Shown here: piece after piece, positions 58,457-64,000 of the stretch
How positions within the stretch are numbered: position 1 is the first letter of the stretch
How the letters are laid out: each line of letters starts with the position of its first letter
NCBI GenBank assembly: GCA_963666365.2
Contig: CAXXNF010000002.1
Span: 1,504,001-1,568,000 of the forward strand
Length of the DNA: 64,000 nucleotides
Direction of reading: 5' to 3'
From: Syntrophales bacterium
GTDB lineage: Bacteria > Desulfobacterota > Syntrophia > Syntrophales > UBA2210
Made by a program: the position numbers and the translations under genes
The notes under the pieces: generated by a model
What the model was told of the DNA's origin: nothing
Seen by the model: only the letters and a program-made list of their open reading frames with translations
Databases searched by the model: none

Positions 58457-58676
58457 AAAAGAGATCATGAACATACAGCCGGTGAACATGTTGCAAGGAA
58501 AGAAAATCCGGCCTCAGATATAGAAGTCTTACACCTGTCGGTGGGTGGTTTTCGGTTCCCTCCTTTCCTCCCACCGACACCCCCCTAGAATCTGACAGGG
58601 AGCGAGATTGTAAGGACCCTTCAGTGTATATAGTTTCATGGGTGGTTTTACCGCACGGTAAAGCCACCCTTTTTTA
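58457..58676 (+). ncRNA. Candidate structured small RNA of unknown family
   Basis: Promoter TTGATT-17-TATTGT (58422-58450), several internal pairings, and a strong terminator at 58640-58675. Confidence 0.5.
58640..58675 (+). terminator. Rho-independent terminator
   Basis: GGGTGGTTTTACCG-CA-CGGTAAAGCCACCC-TTTTTT. Confidence 0.8.
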
Positions 58677-58680
58677 TTAA

Positions 58681-58799
58681 AGTGTAAAAAGTTAGAAAAG
58701 TAGGAAGGGTAGGAAAAGTAAAAGATTTTGATTTTCGCATAAAATTTTTAACTTTTTCTACTTTTGCACTTTTATTACTTTTCACACTTTCTTTCACAC
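58681..58799. repeat. Inverted degenerate 9-bp arrays (AAAAGTAGG / ACTTTT) at the ychF 3' end
   Basis: aaaagttag aaaagtagg aagggtagg aaaagtaaa ... actttttct acttttgc acttttatt acttttcac. Confidence 0.75.
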
Positions 58800-59891
58800 A
58801 TTAAACCGAAAGAAGACAATATCTCCATCGGCGATCACGTATTCCTTCCCCTCGATCCTTATCAGCCCCTTTTCACGAGCCTTGGCGAGCGATCCGGCTT
58901 GTATAAAATCATCATAGTTCAATGCTTCCGCCCGTATAAAGCCTCGCTCCATATCGGTGTGTATTTTACCGGCTGCGCTGGGCGCTTTTGTGCCGTCCCG
59001 GACGGTCCAGGCCCTGAGTTCCGTACCTGCCGTCGTGTAAAAGGTGATGAGCTTTAAAAGTGCATAGCCTGCCTTGATCAGCTTTTCCAGACCCGATTCT
59101 TCAATGTGAAGATCTTCGAGAAATTCCCTTCGCTCTTCGGGTGGAAGGACTGCTATTTCCGCCTCCATGTCGCCGCAGATCACAATATGCTGCGCTTCCT
59201 CGCGATGGGAAAGCTGCGCAACTTGCTCCACATAGGCGCCTTTCTTTTGTGTGAGCACTTCTTCGCTGACATTCGCCACGTAGAGCACGGGTTTGGCCGT
59301 CAGCAGGCGAAGATCAGCCAATATTTCAATGTCCTTAATGTCCGCCATTCCTGCCCGCGCCGGCATTCCACGTCCCAACTCGTCGGCAATATGGTTCAAT
59401 GCATCAATCTGCCGCACCAGAGACTTGTCCCCTGTCTTCAACAGGCGCTCGCTCTTTTCGATTCTCCGTTCGATCGTTTCAAGATCCGCGAGAATCAGTT
59501 CGGTATTGACAATTTCGATATCCCGCACCGGATCAACCGAACCGTGCACATGGACGACATTGGGATCATCGAAGCAGCGCACAATATGAACAATCGCATC
59601 GACATCACGAATATTGCCGAGAAACTTATTTCCCAGCCCTTCCCCCTTGCTGGCGCCTTTGACAAGACCGGCGATGTCGACAAACTCCATGGTAGTGCGG
59701 GTAACCTTGGGAGGCGACAGTATGCGGGCGATTTCTTCAAGCCGCGGATCGGGAACGGGAACCACGCCGATATTGGGATCAATCGTACAGAAGGGATAGT
59801 TGGCCACCTCTGCGCCGGCAGCACTGAGTGCATTGAATATGGTTGATTTTCCTACATTGGGAAGCCCGATAAGACCGCAGCGAAAGCCCAT
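58794..59891 (-). CDS. ychF: Redox-regulated ATPase YchF
   Basis: GLPNVGKST, NYPFCTIDPN, DIAGLV, IHTD, GKEY...DGD. Confidence 0.96.
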   Translation of the reverse strand: MGFRCGLIGLPNVGKSTIFNALSAAGAEVANYPFCTIDPNIGVVPVPDPRLEEIARILSPPKVTRTTMEFVDIAGLVKGASKGEGLGNKFLGNIRDVDAIVHIVRCFDDPNVVHVHGSVDPVRDIEIVNTELILADLETIERRIEKSERLLKTGDKSLVRQIDALNHIADELGRGMPARAGMADIKDIEILADLRLLTAKPVLYVANVSEEVLTQKKGAYVEQVAQLSHREEAQHIVICGDMEAEIAVLPPEERREFLEDLHIEESGLEKLIKAGYALLKLITFYTTAGTELRAWTVRDGTKAPSAAGKIHTDMERGFIRAEALNYDDFIQAGSLAKAREKGLIRIEGKEYVIADGDIVFFRFNV

Positions 59892-59910
59892 GACAGCCTC
59901 CTTTTCACAT

Positions 59911-59944
59911 AAAAAAGGGGGGTGAATGATTTCCACCCCCCTTT
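59911..59944 (-). terminator. Hairpin with U tract between hppA and ychF
   Basis: GGGGGTGGA...TTCACCCCC-TTTTTT on the minus strand. Confidence 0.55.
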
Positions 59945-59967
59945 GAGTTGCCTCTATGATCCCTCTT

Positions 59968-62028
59968 CTAATAGATCATCTGATAGAGGGCGACGATGGC
60001 CGGCGCCGTCACGAGCGACACAACGGACATCAGCTTGATGAGAATGTTCATGGCCGGACCCGAAGTATCTTTGAAGGGGTCGCCGACGGTATCGCCGATG
60101 ACGCCCGCTTTGTGGGCATCGGAGCCTTTACCGCCGAAATTTCCCTGCTCGATGTACTTCTTGGCATTGTCCCAGGCGCCGCCTGCATTTGCCATAAGAA
60201 GACCGATCACCACACCGGTCAGCGTGGCGCCTGCAAGGAATCCACCCAGCGCGTGGGGACCGATTAAAACACCCACTACAATCGGCGCGAGCACAGCTGA
60301 AACACCGGGCAGAATCATTCGTTTCAGCGCCGCCGTGGTGGCGATGTCAACGCAGCGGTTCGTATCGGGAGGTGTTGTTCCTTCCATGATTCCGGGAATC
60401 TCCCTGAACTGACGTCTGATCTCATTGATCATGTCGAACGCGGCGTCACCCACGGCTGTCATGGTAAGCGCTGCCATAAGACAGGGGATCAATCCACCAA
60501 GGAACAAACCAGTGATCACATGGGCCTCCGTGAGGTCAAGGGCGAAATTCTCAAAACCCGGGAAGGTCTTGACGGTCGCCGTGAAGGCGGCAAACATGGC
60601 CAGCGCGGTCAATGCGGCGGAACCGATGGCGAAACCCTTGCCGATGGCGGCCGTCGTATTGCCCACGGCGTCCAGACCGTCCGTAATTTCACGGGTCTGG
60701 GGGGGCATGTGGGCCTGCTCGGCGATACCGCCGGCGTTATCGGCAATGGGGCCGTAACTGTCGACGGACATGGTCATGCCGACTGTTCCCAGCATGCCGA
60801 CACCGGCAATGGCGATACCGTAGAGACCGCAGGTAATGTATGACAACCAGATGGCGATGGCGATGAAGAATACCGGGGCCGCCACACTCTCGAGACCTAC
60901 GGCGAACCCGGTGATGATGTTGGTCGCCGGCCCGGTCTGTGAGGCTTCGGCAATGCGTCTGATGGGACCGCGCGCCGTGTAGTACTCAGTCACACCGCCG
61001 ATCAGCATGCCGGCGATGATGCCCAGAAGCACCGCCCAGAAGGGTCCCAGGGGACTGATCATTCCCAGGCTCTTCAGATATTCTGCAGACATTCCCTGTG
61101 TCGTGAATTTCACCACGAAAAACGCCAGAATGATGAAGAGTATGCCTGCGATATAGAGCGCATTGCTCAATGCCGACTGGGGTTTCATGTTTTTCAGATA
61201 GTTGAAGAGACCGATTCCGATCACCGATGAAAGCAGTCCCACAATGATGAACAGCATGGGAAGCATCATCCACTTCATGGACATACCGGGAAGCCCCAAT
61301 CCCATCGTGGCGCCGATGGCAATGGCCGCAACCACGGAACCGCAGTAGGACTCGTAAAGGTCCGCACCCATGCCGGCGATGTCGCCCACGTTGTCGCCCA
61401 CGTTGTCGGCGGTGACGCCGGGGTTCCTGGGATCGTCTTCGGGAATGCCGGCTTCTACTTTACCCACCAGGTCGGAACCGACGTCGGCCGTCTTGGTGAA
61501 GATACCGCCGCCGACACGGGCAAAGAGGGCAATGGACGAAGCGCCCATGGCGAATCCGTTTATGACTGAGGGATCCTTATCGGCAAAAAAGTAAAAGAAT
61601 ATTCCGAGACCGAGAAGACCCAGCGATGCCACGGAGAGCCCCATGACCGACCCGCCGAAGAAGGCGACCGTCAGAGCGCGTCCCTGGCCATAGGTCTGGG
61701 CGGCTTCCGCCGTACGTGCATTTGATTGCGTTGCCGCCTGCATGCCGAAGACGCCGGCGATCAACGAACCTACGGCGCCACTGAGAAAGGCAACTGCCGT
61801 CATCGGGTTCAACGCAAAGAGAAGCACAAAGAAGACGATCACAATGAAAATTGCAATAATCTTGTATTCTCTCTTGAGAAATACCATGGCGCCGGCATGG
61901 ATCCTGTCCATGATTTCCACCATCAGTTCGTTGCCCGGAGAAAAGGACATGACGTACTTGTAAATCACAAACGCCAGGACCAATCCGATGACGCCCCACA
62001 ACCACGCGTAATTGACTAGAAATTCCAT
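59968..62028 (-). CDS. hppA: Membrane-bound ion-translocating pyrophosphatase
   Basis: [67 protein letters not shown]. Confidence 0.95.
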   Translation of the reverse strand: MEFLVNYAWLWGVIGLVLAFVIYKYVMSFSPGNELMVEIMDRIHAGAMVFLKREYKIIAIFIVIVFFVLLFALNPMTAVAFLSGAVGSLIAGVFGMQAATQSNARTAEAAQTYGQGRALTVAFFGGSVMGLSVASLGLLGLGIFFYFFADKDPSVINGFAMGASSIALFARVGGGIFTKTADVGSDLVGKVEAGIPEDDPRNPGVTADNVGDNVGDIAGMGADLYESYCGSVVAAIAIGATMGLGLPGMSMKWMMLPMLFIIVGLLSSVIGIGLFNYLKNMKPQSALSNALYIAGILFIILAFFVVKFTTQGMSAEYLKSLGMISPLGPFWAVLLGIIAGMLIGGVTEYYTARGPIRRIAEASQTGPATNIITGFAVGLESVAAPVFFIAIAIWLSYITCGLYGIAIAGVGMLGTVGMTMSVDSYGPIADNAGGIAEQAHMPPQTREITDGLDAVGNTTAAIGKGFAIGSAALTALAMFAAFTATVKTFPGFENFALDLTEAHVITGLFLGGLIPCLMAALTMTAVGDAAFDMINEIRRQFREIPGIMEGTTPPDTNRCVDIATTAALKRMILPGVSAVLAPIVVGVLIGPHALGGFLAGATLTGVVIGLLMANAGGAWDNAKKYIEQGNFGGKGSDAHKAGVIGDTVGDPFKDTSGPAMNILIKLMSVVSLVTAPAIVALYQMIY

Positions 62029-62037
62029 AATTCCTGC

Positions 62038-62631
62038 TTATACCTCCTCCTCACGTAAATATTTTGGGTTCTTCGTGTTAAATGCATTCATTGCCGCCTG
62101 AGTTCCCGATGAAATCACTTCCCGCACTGCGCGGGATGCCCTTTCGGCAATGAGGGGAACGGATTCCATCTCTTCCTTAGAAAAAGGGCTCAGCACATAG
62201 CTTTCAACCATCCCTTTCAGGTCCGGTCTGCCGATTCCCGTTCGAATCCGTATGAAATCGGATTTCCCGAGATGAACCGTTATCGACATGAGCCCTTTAT
62301 GCCCACCATCGCCACCCCCTTCTTTGACCCGAATATCTTTAAAGGGAATGTCCAGATCGTCATGGATCACGATGATATTGCCGCTCTCAATTTTAAAAAA
62401 ACGTGCCAGCTTCCCCACGGCGACACCGCTCAGATTCATATAGGTCCGCGGTGCTGCCAAAACAACGGTTTCACCGTTGATCTTCCCGGTTCCGTAGAGT
62501 GCGTCATGACCTCTCCTTGCCACTGGTATTGCCGTTTCCCCGGCCAAAGCCTGCAAGACAATAAACCCCATGTTGTGTCTTGTCAAGGCATACTTCGTTC
62601 CGGGATTTCCCAATCCGACGATGAGCCACAC
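62038..62631 (-). CDS. pth: Peptidyl-tRNA hydrolase
   Basis: LIVGLGNPG, TRHN, YMNLSG, HDDLD, GHKG. Confidence 0.96.
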   Translation of the reverse strand: MWLIVGLGNPGTKYALTRHNMGFIVLQALAGETAIPVARRGHDALYGTGKINGETVVLAAPRTYMNLSGVAVGKLARFFKIESGNIIVIHDDLDIPFKDIRVKEGGGDGGHKGLMSITVHLGKSDFIRIRTGIGRPDLKGMVESYVLSPFSKEEMESVPLIAERASRAVREVISSGTQAAMNAFNTKNPKYLREEEV

Positions 62632-62666
62632 GCGGTCCCCCGGGGAGCAGTTTTCTTCACACTGCC

Positions 62667-63338
62667 TTATGCTTCAGTTGCCGCTTCTTCGGCAGGCGTT
62701 TCGCCCTCAGCGCCTTCTGCGGTCTCGGCCTCGCCCTCGGCGTGCGCCTCTTCTTCATCGGACAGGGTCGTCCTTGTCTTCGCAATCGTTGCAAGGGCCA
62801 CATCTTCACCATCAACAACGGTCACATCGGCGCTCAAAACGATATCGGCAACCTTCACCGTGTCTCCCACGTTAAGACCGCTCACATCTATCTCTATTTT
62901 TTCGGGAAGCGCTCCCGGAAGACCGGATACCTTTACTTCACGTTTCAGGACCTGAAGTTCCCCACCACGTTCAGCACCGATGGGATTTCCTACAAGATTC
63001 ACCGTAATATCCACCGTGATTTCCCGGTCCATTTTTATTTCGTAAAAATCCACATGGATGAGACTTCGCTTGAGCGAATCAATCTGAAGATCTTTGATAA
63101 TGGAAAGTTTTTCCCCCACCTTGCCGTTATTGTCATCGATTTTCAGTTTTACGAAGGTGCCTTCCGGTCGTTCTCCGCCCAGCTGTTTTACAAGCTCCGC
63201 AGTATCGACGACCAGTTTTACTGGTTCTATGCCATACCCGTAAAACACTGCAGGAGTGTACCCCTCGGACCTGAACTTCCGGGCTGTCTCTTTCCCCGAT
63301 GTATCTCTTGTTTTCGCTGTTACCGTAATTGTGTGCAT
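62667..63338 (-). CDS. rplY: 50S ribosomal protein L25/Ctc
   Basis: R...GK, PAVFYG, HVDFY, P..LPE.I.IDVS.L, acidic tail. Confidence 0.94.
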   Translation of the reverse strand: MHTITVTAKTRDTSGKETARKFRSEGYTPAVFYGYGIEPVKLVVDTAELVKQLGGERPEGTFVKLKIDDNNGKVGEKLSIIKDLQIDSLKRSLIHVDFYEIKMDREITVDITVNLVGNPIGAERGGELQVLKREVKVSGLPGALPEKIEIDVSGLNVGDTVKVADIVLSADVTVVDGEDVALATIAKTRTTLSDEEEAHAEGEAETAEGAEGETPAEEAATEA

Positions 63339-63431
63339 AACTGTCTCCTTATCCCGCCTATCTTTTTATCCCGACAAACGGGATACGAATATTGACCATA
63401 TGTATAACCAGCCAAGACCATTGCTTCCCTT

Positions 63432-64000
63432 TTAAATAAATAAAGAGCTGACGGATTCATTGTAGTAAATTCTTTTTATTGCTTCGCTCAGGAGGCCTGA
63501 AGTCGAAAGCACTTTTATCCTTTTACAGGCCCTTGCCGCTTCGTGCAGGGCAATTGTGTCAGTGACCACGATCTCCTTTATATCGGATGATTCTATCCGC
63601 TCGATAGCCGGCCCCGACAGCACGGGATGGCTGCAGCAGGCAAGAACCTCCAGCGCTCCGTCACTGAGCAGTGCCTGCGCCGCCTGCACTATGGTGCCTG
63701 CCGTATCGATCATGTCGTCAAGAATAATGGCCTTCTTGCCCTTTACGTCACCTATTATATTCATAACCTCCGACTCATTGGGCGCATCTCTTCTCTTATC
63801 TACAATTGCCAGCGTGGCATCGAATTTCTTTGCGAAGGCTCGTGCACGGACCACCCCCCCCGTATCCGGAGACACAATGACCGGGTTGTCATTGTAATTT
63901 TTCTTCAGATACTCAAGAAGGATGGTTTGGGCGTAGAGATTGTCGACGGGAATATTGAAAAACCCCTGAATCTGACCGGCATGAAGATCAACGGCAACCA
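63432..64000 (-). CDS. prs: Ribose-phosphate pyrophosphokinase (5' end outside window)
   Basis: [43 protein letters not shown]. Confidence 0.96.
   Translation of the reverse strand, partial: VAVDLHAGQIQGFFNIPVDNLYAQTILLEYLKKNYNDNPVIVSPDTGGVVRARAFAKKFDATLAIVDKRRDAPNESEVMNIIGDVKGKKAIILDDMIDTAGTIVQAAQALLSDGALEVLACCSHPVLSGPAIERIESSDIKEIVVTDTIALHEAARACKRIKVLSTSGLLSEAIKRIYYNESVSSLFI

Noticed and set aside
58457..58676. T-box, tmRNA, RNase P, SRP or retron identity for the candidate RNA
   Set aside because: Only partial look-alikes (GGGTGGTTTTACCG, GGAAAGAAAATCCGG). Required motifs, a downstream gene or an RT are missing.

Overview
Chromosomal core region of an anaerobic deltaproteobacterium (Syntrophales-like, inferred from gene content). 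No rRNA, tRNA, CRISPR array, transposase or prophage was seen. The main block is a 14-gene aromatic amino-acid cluster on the minus strand (aroF-aroB-pheA-aroD-aroE-aroA-aroK-aroC-trpE-G-D-C-F-tyrA, with no trpBA). Other genes encode a 2-hydroxyacyl-CoA dehydratase with its activator, efp-epmA, a Gld-like ABC system, two PilT ATPases, a divergent EF-G paralogue, a K+ channel with a cNMP-binding partner, and prs-rplY-pth-hppA-ychF. The most interesting signal is non-coding and absent from the ORF track. (1) A c-di-GMP-I riboswitch heads an uncharacterised HTH / ExeA-MshM-like ATPase / TPR operon. (2) There are two leader-peptide attenuators, one with a YFSFYWYFY tract that could sense Phe, Tyr and Trp and one with WWW; both appear to use a six-segment relay fold. 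(3) A family of REP/REPIN-like inverted repeats (GGGACACTTCCCTATTT) and several 7-/9-bp tandem arrays sit at gene ends. (4) A promoter- and terminator-bounded ~220-nt candidate structured RNA lies near 58.5 kb. (5) A DUF1566 gene is bracketed by 11-bp direct repeats. (6) A small gene is split at an A8 run. All assignments come from reading motifs by eye; no database search or folding program was run.
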